Shown: one piece after another, positions 20,059 to 30,851 of the stretch | How positions within the stretch are numbered: position 1 is the stretch's first letter | Layout: each line of letters begins with the position of its first letter | Assembly (NCBI GenBank): GCA_963793265.1 | Contig: CAWBZI010000001.1 | Coordinates: forward strand, 1,088,001-1,152,000 | Source of the DNA: an uncultured cyanobacterium | Lineage (GTDB): Bacteria > Cyanobacteriota > Cyanobacteriia > Phormidesmidales > Phormidesmidaceae | DNA: 64,000 bases | Reading direction: 5' to 3' | Notes under the pieces: generated by a model | The model's input: only the letters and a program-made list of their open reading frames with translations | Told to the model about the DNA's origin: nothing | The model's database searches: none | Position numbers and translations under genes: made by a program

Positions 20059-21483
20059 GTGCCCTTCCAAACTCGGTTCCGATTTTCTCGGTGGCGCTGG
20101 ATTCTGCTATTCGTTTTCTGCTTAGTCTTAGCGCTCAGCATCAACCTCAGGCCACAGACAGACCTGTCGTCAACGCTTCAGCCTGCGGTTCCACTACTTC
20201 CTCAAGATCCTGACGTGCAGGTTTTCTTCAACCAGTCCGAAGCAAATGTCTATACCGATCCTTATCGTCACATCACCCGCTATGGAGACGACCTTGAGCA
20301 GGTAATTGTTACCGCTATTGACCAAGCCACTCAGTCAGTTGATGTTGCGGTTCAAGCGTTCAATCTTCCACGGATTGCTCAGGCGCTAGTTGAGAGTGCT
20401 CAGCGCGGTGTGAGCGTACGCCTCGTGTTAGAAAACCAGTATGCCAATCCGAAGACAGATGATGAGCTTGTTAAGCAGCAAACGGCTTGGATGGCGATCG
20501 CAGATATCGACCAGAATGGCACCGTCACGTTAGCAGAGAGTGATCGCGCTGATGCCCTCAAAATACTACGCACCGCCGACATTCCCCTCATAGACGACAC
20601 CGCTGACGGCTCAAAGGGCAGCGGCCTTATGCACCACAAATTCATCGTCATAGACGGCCAGCAGGTACTAACCGGCTCAGCTAACCTGACGCTATCCGGC
20701 ATTCATGGCGATGGTGACGAGCCCGAAAGCAGAGGCAACGCCAACGCGCTACTCAAAATTAATAGCGCTACTCTTGCCAGTCACTTCACAGATGAGTTCA
20801 ACGAAATGTGGGGCGATGGGCCCAGGAAGCAGCCCGACAGTCGCTTCGGCCTGCAAAAAAGCCAGCGCTCAGCCCAGCAAATCGCACTGCCTAACAACGG
20901 CGCGAGCAGCACCATTACCCTCCAATTCTCACCGCTATCTGCCAGCCAGCCATGGATAAGCAGCGGCAACGGCCTGATCGCTAAGACACTCAGCCAGGCT
21001 TCACGCAGCGTTGATCTAGCGCTCTTCGTTTTCTCAGAGCAGCGCATTGCCAATCAGCTAGAAGCGCAGGTTCAAACGGGTGTTGCCCTACGCGGGCTCA
21101 TTGAGCCTACGTTTGCCTATCGCAGCTATAGCGAAGCGCTAGATATGCTAGGCGTCACGATTCTCGATCGCCGCTGCCGCATAGAAGCTGACAATAATCC
21201 CTGGGAACGGCCCATAAAGTCAGTTGGCCTACCGCACCTGCTTGCAGGTGACAAGCTCCATCACAAATTTGCCATCATCGATGGCAAAACGGTCATCGTG
21301 GGCTCTCACAACTGGAGCCATGCAGCTAATACGCAGAATGACGAGACAATATTAATCCTTGAAAACAAAACGGTCGCGGCTCATTTCAACCGAGAATTTG
21401 AAAGGCTATATCGAGACGCCGCGCTCGGACAAACCGATAAACTCCGGTACAAAATTGAGCAGGCCCAGCAGCGCTGCATGTAA
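20059..21483 (+). CDS. Phospholipase D-family nuclease (ComA/Slr0197-like), no C-terminal HhH
   Basis: Two HKD motifs (MHHKFIVID, LHHKFAIID), DDTADGSKGSGL, N-terminal TM/signal. Confidence 0.85.
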   Translation: MPFQTRFRFSRWRWILLFVFCLVLALSINLRPQTDLSSTLQPAVPLLPQDPDVQVFFNQSEANVYTDPYRHITRYGDDLEQVIVTAIDQATQSVDVAVQAFNLPRIAQALVESAQRGVSVRLVLENQYANPKTDDELVKQQTAWMAIADIDQNGTVTLAESDRADALKILRTADIPLIDDTADGSKGSGLMHHKFIVIDGQQVLTGSANLTLSGIHGDGDEPESRGNANALLKINSATLASHFTDEFNEMWGDGPRKQPDSRFGLQKSQRSAQQIALPNNGASSTITLQFSPLSASQPWISSGNGLIAKTLSQASRSVDLALFVFSEQRIANQLEAQVQTGVALRGLIEPTFAYRSYSEALDMLGVTILDRRCRIEADNNPWERPIKSVGLPHLLAGDKLHHKFAIIDGKTVIVGSHNWSHAANTQNDETILILENKTVAAHFNREFERLYRDAALGQTDKLRYKIEQAQQRCM

Positions 21484-22203
21484 CCCTTACGATGTCCTCA
21501 AAAACGGATTAATAGCTGATACCGTTGCGAAAAGTGATCAAAGTCACGGAGGCAAGCCTTAAAAACGACTTTTATCAAACTTCTGGCACAGAGCCCTCCG
21601 GCTGTTAGCACAAGATCACTGAATATGTCATTGGTGTTTACTACGGTATTCGCGCATGTAAGAGCCAAAAGATCTTCATTCTTTTCTTTCTATGAAAAGA
21701 ATTACTTTCAAGGTTTCCACAACAGTTAGACAGCATTCAAATCGTGCAACAGGTAGCATTTAAAGGCTTTTGAATAAAGGCTTTTGAACAATGCACGCCT
21801 TCGCAAGGCCATTTTTGGCAAGTCTGCTTCAGCGAACGTCTACACAATTCGTAAGGCTGATAAAGACCAGGTAAAAATCTTCGTGAGGCTCTGTCAATCA
21901 GCGGTAATGCTTAGTTGAATATATTTAGTGATGCAGCAGCTTCGTTTTAGAAACATATTTTTTATGGGGTCATTACTGAGCTTTTGAACATATTTCTCAT
22001 CACCCAAGCGAAGTTAGGAAAAGTCACCGCCAAGTCAAACTCGAGCTTTGAATACCGGTCACATTCGAAGGACTTAGCGACTTTTTCGTATTCTATTTTG
22101 ATTTTGTATAGCGTGATCGCCATTTGAACGTCTGTCTTTTGTTTGTGCTTTATCTCCTGTTGCGTCCATTTATAACCGTGCTTAAACCAGGCATATAAAT
22201 CTC

Positions 22204-23463
22204 GTGAAAAAACTATCGATCTTAGGCTGCCGTGGAATTCCTGGAAATCATGGAGGCTTTGAAACGTTTGCAGAACGGCTCTCTCGTTATCTGGTCGGCA
22301 GAGGCTGGCAGGTCACCGTCTACTGCGAACACTACACTGGCAAGCAAGTCTCTGAAGAATACTGGAACGGTATTCGCCTTGTTCATATTCCAGTGGCAGA
22401 GGCCAGCGCAGTCGGCACTATCGTATTCGACTGGAAATCAACGCTTCACGCTGCCCGCGAAGGCAACCTCATTCTCACATTGGGATACAACACCGCAATT
22501 TTCTGCGTCTGGTACCGACTCAAAGGGCTCACAAACGTTATTAATATGGACGGCTTGGAGTGGCGCAGGCAGAAGTGGAGCACGCCTGAAAAAGCATGGC
22601 TATACCTTAACGAGCGCTTCGGCTGCTGGTTTGGCAACCACCTTGTCGCAGACCATCCCGAAATTGAAAATCACTTGGCCACTCGGGTGTCTCGGCGCAA
22701 AATCACCATGATTCCATACGGCGCTGAGCGTGTCGGCAGAGCCAATGCCAAGCTGCTAGAACAGTACCAGCTCACGCCTGGCAACTACTCCATCGTTATC
22801 GCTAGGCCCGAGCCCGAGAACAACATTCTAGAGATTGTGGCGGCTTTCTCTAGCCGCCATAGGGGCGAGAAACTTGTTGTTTTAGGTAACTATCGCCCCC
22901 TCGAAAACGACTACCACAAGCAGGTATTAGAGGCCGCTAGCGATGAGGTCTTCTTCCCTGGCGGAATCTACGACCAGGCCACCGTGGGCGCGCTCAGATA
23001 CTACGCAGCGCTCTACGTTCACGGACACTCAGTAGGTGGCACAAATCCGTCTTTGGTAGAAGCGCTTGGCGCAGGCGCATCGGTTCTGGCGCACGACAAT
23101 CACTTCAATCGGTGGGTGGCAGGGCCAGGCGCTCGCTACTTTGGCAATGAAGCTGACTGCGCTAGCGCTTTTGATGAGCTACTAGGCGATCGCGAAGCCC
23201 TGCGTAAAATGAAGCAGGCCAGCCTCCAACGGTTCACAGAAGGCTTTTTAGCAGAGATTGAGTGCGGCGCTTATGAAGACCTTCTAGAGCGAGCGGGTGA
23301 CGGCGGTCTATCGGGCTCTATGCCTAAGCCTTTGAAAAAACAGACTGCTTACAAAAGTGTGCCGGTCGGAACCACGCGTCATCGCTTCAGTCGAAATCTT
23401 CTTAGCAAACCAAATCTTCTGAGTAAAAAAGCGATTAAAGTGCTGTCGGCGCTGAAGAACTAA
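22204..23463 (+). CDS. GT4 glycosyltransferase (DUF1972 N-terminus)
   Basis: ILGCRGIPGNHGGFETFAE, NMDGLEW, HGHSVGGTNPSLVEA. Confidence 0.92.
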   Translation: MKKLSILGCRGIPGNHGGFETFAERLSRYLVGRGWQVTVYCEHYTGKQVSEEYWNGIRLVHIPVAEASAVGTIVFDWKSTLHAAREGNLILTLGYNTAIFCVWYRLKGLTNVINMDGLEWRRQKWSTPEKAWLYLNERFGCWFGNHLVADHPEIENHLATRVSRRKITMIPYGAERVGRANAKLLEQYQLTPGNYSIVIARPEPENNILEIVAAFSSRHRGEKLVVLGNYRPLENDYHKQVLEAASDEVFFPGGIYDQATVGALRYYAALYVHGHSVGGTNPSLVEALGAGASVLAHDNHFNRWVAGPGARYFGNEADCASAFDELLGDREALRKMKQASLQRFTEGFLAEIECGAYEDLLERAGDGGLSGSMPKPLKKQTAYKSVPVGTTRHRFSRNLLSKPNLLSKKAIKVLSALKN

Positions 23464-23484
23464 AAGATTTGGCGCTAGCGCGCG

Positions 23485-25083
23485 CTAAGGAGAGAGTAGT
23501 TGAGTAACAGAATGGGGCGGCAGTGCGATCGCCCCATCTGTCGTACCCTTTTGAACAGTTAGTGAATACGCATCGGTCACCAGCGTTCTAGGATCGGCAG
23601 ATAGCTGCTGGTAGTGAACACTATTAGACACAATGTCTGCCACATCGAGCTGAACAACATTGTCCGAAAGATTCATCACCACAGCGCCCACTGGCGCTGA
23701 CTTGCTATCAGAAGTGCTACTAGACGATCGATCAAATCGCCAGCCATACAGCGCCGAATAGGTGAATCCCTCTTTGCCCGTCAACCGCGGCGACTCAGTA
23801 AAGCTGAGCGCCTGAGCCTGGTTCATACCTGTTGAGGTTTCACCCAGCAGGCTTAACGCTTGCCCGGTAGCTGAAAGCGACATCGGCGTCACCGGATAAG
23901 TTTGCTCATCTGATAGGCGAAAGCTATTTTCATGGGGCAAAATTGCGCCAAACTTAAAGTCTTCAACCAAATCGTGGTTGCAGGTCATTTTCACCCGACT
24001 TTCTTCTAAAAACATCAGGTTCATCGCCAGCGCATATAGCCCATGTCCCCAGGTGCCCATCACCCGAGGGCGTCGGCTTGAGTTATCTCCAAAAACGTCT
24101 TCAATGAGATTGAACTCGGTAATCCAGATCTCTTTGTCGTTTGGAATAATGTCGTAGGCGGGGCGATCGCGCATCGCCGCCCAATATCGAAAGGGCTCAC
24201 CAAAAATAGTGGCAAAATCATTTTCATCAAAAGCCGGATAGCCGCTATCTGAAAAGCCGTTAGGATCTAGCCCAGGGGTGGGGTACAGATGCAGGGCGAT
24301 CGCATCAGCAACCGGTAAAGCCGTCCTCATCAAAGCCTGGTTCCACTGAAGCTCTCTTGGCGAACTATTAGGCTTGGGCACCACCCCAAATACGGCCACT
24401 TCTATCCCTGGAAAAATATCTTTTAAGTATCCAATCCAAACCTTGGCCTCCTCACCATAAGACTCAGGCGTCGGAAACCTGTGAGCATAATTTGGAATAC
24501 CAAAGTAGTACTCATTCCCTAACTCAAGGTATTTAATTTCGATGCCAGCTTTGGCTGCCGCGCTCAGCATATCAATCTGATCGCCCAAATCAGACGTCAG
24601 CATATTCAGCACAAACAGCGCCTGAGAATTTGTGGCCGCAAGCCCCACCTTATAGTCTTCTAGCTTGCTGTTGGTATTATCTTGCGCGCCATATCGCATG
24701 TACTCGGGCAGTCCGTCTGGCATCTGACTGGCATCTTCAATAATGCCGCCCCTTCGCCAGTCCCAATAGTTCGCCACCTCACCGCCCGGAACCCTGAGCA
24801 CCTTGGGCCTTAGCTGCCCAGCAGCACTTAGAAAATCTGTAGAATGCCAGGACTGAATCTGAACAGAGTTGACGTTAAAGCACGTTAGATCTGAGGCCAA
24901 CGGCTGAGCTGACGCTGACAGAGAAGCTTTAGCGTCAATCACCTGATTCGCAGCGTTCTCGGCACCACCTTCAGCATCGGCGACAGAGCTTCGTAGATAG
25001 GCATATCCCAAGCACAGCAAAATCACGCTCAGCGCGATAGCCAATAGCCGTACAGGCAGCAGGCGAAAGATCCGAGAAAACAT
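23485..25083 (-). CDS. Exported clan GH-A glycoside hydrolase (GH79/GH51-like)
   Basis: N-terminal hydrophobic helix; LRVPGG, ELGNE, IWITEFN; C-terminal LPPHSV. Confidence 0.7.
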   Translation of the reverse strand: MFSRIFRLLPVRLLAIALSVILLCLGYAYLRSSVADAEGGAENAANQVIDAKASLSASAQPLASDLTCFNVNSVQIQSWHSTDFLSAAGQLRPKVLRVPGGEVANYWDWRRGGIIEDASQMPDGLPEYMRYGAQDNTNSKLEDYKVGLAATNSQALFVLNMLTSDLGDQIDMLSAAAKAGIEIKYLELGNEYYFGIPNYAHRFPTPESYGEEAKVWIGYLKDIFPGIEVAVFGVVPKPNSSPRELQWNQALMRTALPVADAIALHLYPTPGLDPNGFSDSGYPAFDENDFATIFGEPFRYWAAMRDRPAYDIIPNDKEIWITEFNLIEDVFGDNSSRRPRVMGTWGHGLYALAMNLMFLEESRVKMTCNHDLVEDFKFGAILPHENSFRLSDEQTYPVTPMSLSATGQALSLLGETSTGMNQAQALSFTESPRLTGKEGFTYSALYGWRFDRSSSSTSDSKSAPVGAVVMNLSDNVVQLDVADIVSNSVHYQQLSADPRTLVTDAYSLTVQKGTTDGAIALPPHSVTQLLSP

Positions 25084-25144
25084 ATGGCAGATCTGCTTTG
25101 AAAGGGGCTCGATATTCTTCAGATGACCCTGCGTGAACTAGCCT

Positions 25145-25906
25145 CTATACTTTGGTCTTAATGCCACTAACCACGACCGAAGACTTCAACAAGTTTAGGT
25201 TCAACGAGGTCAAAACCTTGGTATACACCATTGCCAAACGAATCATAATAGGCCGGTAGCGAAATCTAAAATACATCTCTGGGATAAAAGCGGACTCAAC
25301 GTCAGTGAAGCCTGCTTTTGCCATCTGTTGTTCCAGATTCTTGATACTTTTAAAGTCAAAAACCGTTGGAAATGTATCTTCGCTTACATTATCGTATTGC
25401 TGAATCTTCTTCTTAAAAAAGAGGTGAAAAGAGTAAGGTGTCAGCTTAGCCACCGTTGAAGCAGGCGACGTTGGATTCGGAACAATCAAAGTCGCAAGAC
25501 CGCCGGGCGCTGTCACTCTTGCAATAGAATCCACCGTTTGTTGTGAGTCATGGACATGCTCAAGCAAGAATTGAGAGAAAACCACATCATAGCTGCCATC
25601 AGCGAACGGCATATCAGCAGCATCACAAATAAATAGCTCGTCTACGTCAGTGTTCTTGAGCGAATACTCGTCTAAATCTGCGCCATGAATGAGAGCGTGG
25701 GTATCGTGCTCTTTTAGGTATCGGCCAATATCTGACTTACGCCCGCAGCCAATATCTAAGACCTTCGGCTTCGTGTATCCGCTCAAATGCGCTACAACCT
25801 TTTCCATGGTGTAGGCGAAAGAAGGACGTCTTTTCGGCAGAGGTATGGCGTCCTGCCGGGTGGTAGAAGCAGCCTCCGAAACAGGTTGCGTTTGTTGATA
25901 AACCAT
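25145..25906 (-). CDS. Class I SAM-dependent methyltransferase
   Basis: VLDIGCG, MPFADGSYDVV, LLEHV. Confidence 0.88.
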   Translation of the reverse strand: MVYQQTQPVSEAASTTRQDAIPLPKRRPSFAYTMEKVVAHLSGYTKPKVLDIGCGRKSDIGRYLKEHDTHALIHGADLDEYSLKNTDVDELFICDAADMPFADGSYDVVFSQFLLEHVHDSQQTVDSIARVTAPGGLATLIVPNPTSPASTVAKLTPYSFHLFFKKKIQQYDNVSEDTFPTVFDFKSIKNLEQQMAKAGFTDVESAFIPEMYFRFRYRPIMIRLAMVYTKVLTSLNLNLLKSSVVVSGIKTKV

Positions 25907-26253
25907 AGGTTTAGTCTCCTAACTCTGCAATTTTTGAATACTTCAAAGGGCACTAGCGGTAACTCTTACGTATATGCACTCAATAGTTCATTCACCAATA
26001 GACATATTTAGTAGGTGCTTTAGTAGGTGCGTTTGTTCTCAAACAGTCCCGCTATCTTTTGAGAGGTCAATATTGGACTGACACTATTGGACTGACTAGC
26101 TAGGCCAAATTTATCTAATCAGACAGCTCTGTTTGGTAAATGCAGAGATTAAGCATACGTACTTATACTGAGACGTAGCTATAGTAACAGAACTTAACCT
26201 CTTGCCCAAGATAAAAGCCGTATATATCGACACACTTTATCAACACGCTTTGC

Positions 26254-27771
26254 TTACAGAGCTGATGCGTCAGGCGCTACTTCAGTCTTAGCTGAGAGGC
26301 GACGGCTCTGTTCTATCGCTGCCATCTTTACATGGCAAATATTAATCACAAGGCCCGCTAGCAACCAAAAGTAGAAGCTGAATGCGCGCAGCCGAAAAAT
26401 GCGCTCGACAAACGTGTAGAGCACCGTCACAAAAATGAGTGTGGCAAAAGTAGCCCCTAGCGTTCTGTAGTCGGGTTCGGCAGAAACTCGTGACAGCCAG
26501 CGGGCCGCGTCATAAAGCCGCTTGAGCATGAAGCCGTAGATAGCGGTGCCGATGATGCCAAAGTAGGCGATAAAGGCAAACCAAAAGCCATCGTCGAATA
26601 CAGGCGCATCTCGCTCAAGCTTGGCCATATCTGTAGCAGTACTTAACGTGCCTCTGATGGCCTTTTGAGTTTGATCAAAATCAGGGCCAAAGCCGAACCA
26701 GCTATGCGTGCTAAAAATTCCATTCAGAATCGTTCGCATAAACCACCCTCGCGCTTCTTCGTTGGACTGTTGCCAGTATTCGGGTGAAAATACCTGCAAG
26801 AAGTAGGTCGTTAAATTAATAGACTTTTGCCGGTCGTCAGCGCCAGAGAAAGACTCTACCGCAACGCCTGCAGCTGCAATAGCAATCACACCGGCTAGCG
26901 CTAGGCCACCATAGAGCCAGCTCACATTCAGCAAGTCGCGGCGGCGGCGGTATACGTAAAAAACCAGTAGCGGGGTAATGAGCGCGATCGCCAAAGCAGC
27001 CCGTTTTTTAGAGGCAAACAAACCAAACATAATAGCGCCCAAGCTGCCCATATCTGGCAGGCTAGGCAGTAGGCTACCGCTAGTAGCATAAATAGTCGAT
27101 AAAAACAGCGACAAGCCCACCAGTAGAAATGCTGAGAGCACCGCACTATCTGAAAACGTACCGGCTGTCGCACCCACTTTAAGATCGCCAGAAGACGCCT
27201 GCGATGCGCCTTTGTAGTCACCAATTTCAAATTCGCGAGGGGCAAAGAACGCCTGATTAAAGCTAGCAGGCAGAAAGTACTGAATCGAGCCAATAACCCC
27301 CTGAATCAAAATAACGATCCGTAGGCCCTTCAGCATTCGCTTGAGATCTCTAGGCGAAATGTCTAGGTTGACCACAATGTAGAAAACAGACAGATAGCGC
27401 CATATGGTTCGAAGGTTGATAATGCTGCCAACAATCGGCGAACCGTTGAGCACGATTGAAATCGCCGTCGAGAGGAAAAAGGCCGCAACCAGCATGTCAA
27501 TCGGCGTTTTTCTGAGCGATCGCCCCCGCAACAGCCGCGATCCACAAACCCAAACCAGCAGCCCATAGAGAATAAGCTCCGGAACAAACCGTAGGGCGAC
27601 TGGAATAATACCTGGCAACCATCTGAGGAAAAATTCCTCAAACGGTGTGTACATAGCAATGCCGAAGATAATCCAAAATGGAAAACTGGTGGCACGCTCA
27701 ACAGATCTTTCAGCGGGCTGACTGGTCGGTGGGCTGGTGGGCTGACTGGTGGGTTGAGAAAAGGTGGTCAT
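26254..27771 (-). CDS. Wzy-like polysaccharide polymerase / O-antigen ligase-like membrane protein
   Basis: Many TM helices, FGFGP and FGIIG motifs, EPS-cluster context. Confidence 0.65.
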   Translation of the reverse strand: MTTFSQPTSQPTSPPTSQPAERSVERATSFPFWIIFGIAMYTPFEEFFLRWLPGIIPVALRFVPELILYGLLVWVCGSRLLRGRSLRKTPIDMLVAAFFLSTAISIVLNGSPIVGSIINLRTIWRYLSVFYIVVNLDISPRDLKRMLKGLRIVILIQGVIGSIQYFLPASFNQAFFAPREFEIGDYKGASQASSGDLKVGATAGTFSDSAVLSAFLLVGLSLFLSTIYATSGSLLPSLPDMGSLGAIMFGLFASKKRAALAIALITPLLVFYVYRRRRDLLNVSWLYGGLALAGVIAIAAAGVAVESFSGADDRQKSINLTTYFLQVFSPEYWQQSNEEARGWFMRTILNGIFSTHSWFGFGPDFDQTQKAIRGTLSTATDMAKLERDAPVFDDGFWFAFIAYFGIIGTAIYGFMLKRLYDAARWLSRVSAEPDYRTLGATFATLIFVTVLYTFVERIFRLRAFSFYFWLLAGLVINICHVKMAAIEQSRRLSAKTEVAPDASAL

Positions 27772-28135
27772 CTGCTTTTTAGTAATCTGGCTACGATCTG
27801 GCTGTGATCTGGCTTTAGTCGTTTGCGCTCTTGATATCTAAATACTTAAGTTTTTAACTATCTGCGTTAACTATATAAAACAGCGAAAGGCGTGCAAGGT
27901 CAGGAAGAATCTTCGGTTAGCACCAGGCGCTGATACGGCTTTACTGCAATTGCCTTCAGTATTGATACCGGGTTTCCTATGAATTTAGGGTATATCTACA
28001 TATGCCTCATTGGCTATCACACGCCCTGCGTACACCCACGAAATTAGGGTAGCTGCAAAGTTACCGTAAAGCCGTACCAAACTTTTCGTTTCATAGCCTT
28101 TAAACCTCACGCTAGCCGCCCGCATTACTGGCAGG

Positions 28136-29335
28136 ATGTTTGTAGTTTCTAACATCCAAGCTAGCCATTTCTTCTTCTATTTTTTAGCCATAAAAAATCG
28201 CCCTATGACCGTTGCCCTAATTGCTTACTATCTAGGCCCTCGTTTAGGCATTGGCCAGTATCTTGATCGCCTACTGCCGCCACTCGTCGAATCGCTGGCC
28301 GCACAGGGCATTAGGCCAACTATACTTAGCTCACCCAACGCACTTAACAACACACCCGCACTGCAACAGCTCACAAACTACGTAGAAGTTGTACCCGAGC
28401 TAGACTACGCGCCTAGCAAGCGCTATTTTTGGCTGGCTACTCAGTTTCACCGGTACTGTAAAAAGAGGGATCTAGAGGTCGTCGTGTGGCTCTCTAACCC
28501 GGTGCTGCTGCCCTGGCACCCCCCCACCATTGCGGTGATTCATGACGTGAATGAGTGGAAAGCCAAAGAGAAATACGGGAGCCGGTTAAAAACTGCGCTG
28601 CGATCGCTGATTTATCTAGACGCCTCCATCTGGCTCTCTAAGCAAATCGTCGCCGTTAGCCAGGCCACCCAGGCCGACTTGCATCACTTTCGGCCTCAGC
28701 TCAAAGCCAAAGATAAGCTCAAAGTTATCTCCAACGGCGCAGACTCATCGCTATCGAGCCTGCTTCCTACTCAACTGCCCCATTCGGGTCAGCCCTTTCT
28801 ACTCTCAGTAGGCCGGATCGATCCTGCTGCTAAGCGCCTGCCAGAAGCGCTTGAAATTGTCAAAGCGCTGCGAGAACAAAGTCATCAGGACTGGCAGCTT
28901 CAGCTTGTCGGCGGCATGAACAGCTCAACGCAGGCAGAAGGAGAAGCCTTTCTCGAATCAGTCAAAGCCCTGCCCTGGGTGCACTATCAGGGGCACATTG
29001 ACGATCGCACCTTAGCCCAGTGGTATCGCGAGGCTTCGGCGGTCGTTTATCTCTCTGAAAGCGAAGGCTTCGGCCTGCCTATCGCTGAAGCGGCTTCTTT
29101 TAAAAAATGGGTCGTCGTCAACGATCGCAATCAAGCCGCCATCGAAGTTGGCCAGGGCTCAATTATTCCTATTAACACCCAAAATCCAACCGCTGCAGCC
29201 ACCAAAATCATCGCTCAGCTCACCCAAACGACTCAGGCAACCCCGAGTCAGTCGCTACCCACATGGTCGGCAGCAGCCAAGCAATATGCTGCCGATATTC
29301 AGCGCTGGCACACGCAGGCTCACAGTCAAGTCTAA
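28136..29335 (+). CDS. GT4 glycosyltransferase
   Basis: LSVGRID, SESEGFGLPIAEA (EX7E); true start probably MTVAL. Confidence 0.9.
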   Translation: MFVVSNIQASHFFFYFLAIKNRPMTVALIAYYLGPRLGIGQYLDRLLPPLVESLAAQGIRPTILSSPNALNNTPALQQLTNYVEVVPELDYAPSKRYFWLATQFHRYCKKRDLEVVVWLSNPVLLPWHPPTIAVIHDVNEWKAKEKYGSRLKTALRSLIYLDASIWLSKQIVAVSQATQADLHHFRPQLKAKDKLKVISNGADSSLSSLLPTQLPHSGQPFLLSVGRIDPAAKRLPEALEIVKALREQSHQDWQLQLVGGMNSSTQAEGEAFLESVKALPWVHYQGHIDDRTLAQWYREASAVVYLSESEGFGLPIAEAASFKKWVVVNDRNQAAIEVGQGSIIPINTQNPTAAATKIIAQLTQTTQATPSQSLPTWSAAAKQYAADIQRWHTQAHSQV

Positions 29336-29510
29336 ACGTTACTTCAAGTGTAATTACGTAGACTTCTATAGAGATATGCGACAAATCAGTCTCAAAACCT
29401 GCTGCCGTACGGGTCAACCATCAAGCACTCATCCAGCCACAGGCGAAAAGCGCGCAGCTTGTTTCTGGCGGCGCTAACCGTAAAAATAGACATTAACCGC
29501 GTCACGATCA

Positions 29511-30848
29511 CTAGCTATTTTGCGCGGGTGGCTTTGCGGCTAATCCCATTAAGGTTGCGTCAATCCCGAGCTTTTTGCGGACGGCATACAAACTTACAAA
29601 ACCACCTAGCACGATGCTGCTAGAAGTCGCCAGCGCTGCGCCTTCAACACCCCAAATCGGAATGCAGATAGCATTGAGCGCGATATTGAACACCGTTGTG
29701 AACCAGCCAACTTTAGCCGTAAAGCGCTCGTGACCTGTCATATTCAAAATCGTAAACGAGAGCCCAATTGAAGTAGATACAAAGCTCCCAACGCACAGAA
29801 TGTAGAGCGCGCTTTGACCTTGAACATACTCTGGGCCAAATAAGCTCAAAAATAGATGTCCGCCCACAATCAGACTGGCTGCAAACATAAACGCGACACC
29901 TGAGACAACCCGCACGCTTTTGGTAATCGTATGCTGCAACTCTGTCAGGCGGTTGTCGGCATAGGCACTGGCAATGGTTGGGGCTAGAGTGCTACTCACC
30001 GCCATCAAAATAAACGTCGTGAGCTGCGCCCCTCGGTTCGCAGGCGCATACAGACCTACTGCATCTACCCCCTTCAGCGCACCTAGCATCAGCACGTCAG
30101 TCTGCGCATTCACAATTGGAATACTTTCTATCAGCATGAAGGGCAGCGCGCCGCTCATCCAAAACTTAGCCTTATAAGACGGCTGTACACCTCTAGTTCC
30201 CTCAGGCAGCGCTTGGCGTAAAAACCGGCTGATAATAACCAGCGTGATACCCGTGCCCACGCCATAGAATCCAATAATCCAAAGCGCACTAATCTCGTCT
30301 TTGAGCAGCCAGTAGGCACCTACCGTCAGCGTGACTAAAATCAGCGGATCTATCAGCAGCTCGGGCAAAAGGCCCTTCGTAATTTGGTGCAGCCCTCGCA
30401 TCGCACCGCGTCTGACGTTTCTTAGCGATAGAGCAGGCATGAGCGAGATTGCAATGCAAAAGCCAATAAAGGGCTGCGATCGCACATCATCCACCAAAAA
30501 CCAGGCCACCGACATCGCGACCAAAGCCACCGAAACCGACGCCATCAGCACCGCTTTATTCGCCCAGCTCAAGATGCCTCGCATCAGGCCCCAGTCAGCC
30601 CGCTTCTGATAGACCGCAATCTCGCGAACGATGAAGTTATCAAAGCCCATCGTGGCCGGAACGCTCAATAGATACGCCCACCCCACCGCATAAATATAAG
30701 TTCCGTAGCCTGACTTTCCTAAGACCTTCGCAAGCAAAATGCCCGTAAGGAACGTCAGCCCTGTATATACCAGCCGTAGCCCAAAGGCCCCAGCGACCCC
30801 TTTTACGAGCCTGTTTTTGAGGTTGCTCGCCAAGCTTGCATCGGTCAT
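29511..30848 (-). CDS. wzx: Wzx flippase
   Basis: Multi-TM; LAKVLGKSGYG, TDVLMLG..VGLY, IPIWGVEGAALATS. Confidence 0.88.
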   Translation of the reverse strand: MTDASLASNLKNRLVKGVAGAFGLRLVYTGLTFLTGILLAKVLGKSGYGTYIYAVGWAYLLSVPATMGFDNFIVREIAVYQKRADWGLMRGILSWANKAVLMASVSVALVAMSVAWFLVDDVRSQPFIGFCIAISLMPALSLRNVRRGAMRGLHQITKGLLPELLIDPLILVTLTVGAYWLLKDEISALWIIGFYGVGTGITLVIISRFLRQALPEGTRGVQPSYKAKFWMSGALPFMLIESIPIVNAQTDVLMLGALKGVDAVGLYAPANRGAQLTTFILMAVSSTLAPTIASAYADNRLTELQHTITKSVRVVSGVAFMFAASLIVGGHLFLSLFGPEYVQGQSALYILCVGSFVSTSIGLSFTILNMTGHERFTAKVGWFTTVFNIALNAICIPIWGVEGAALATSSSIVLGGFVSLYAVRKKLGIDATLMGLAAKPPAQNS

Positions 30849-30851
30849 ATC

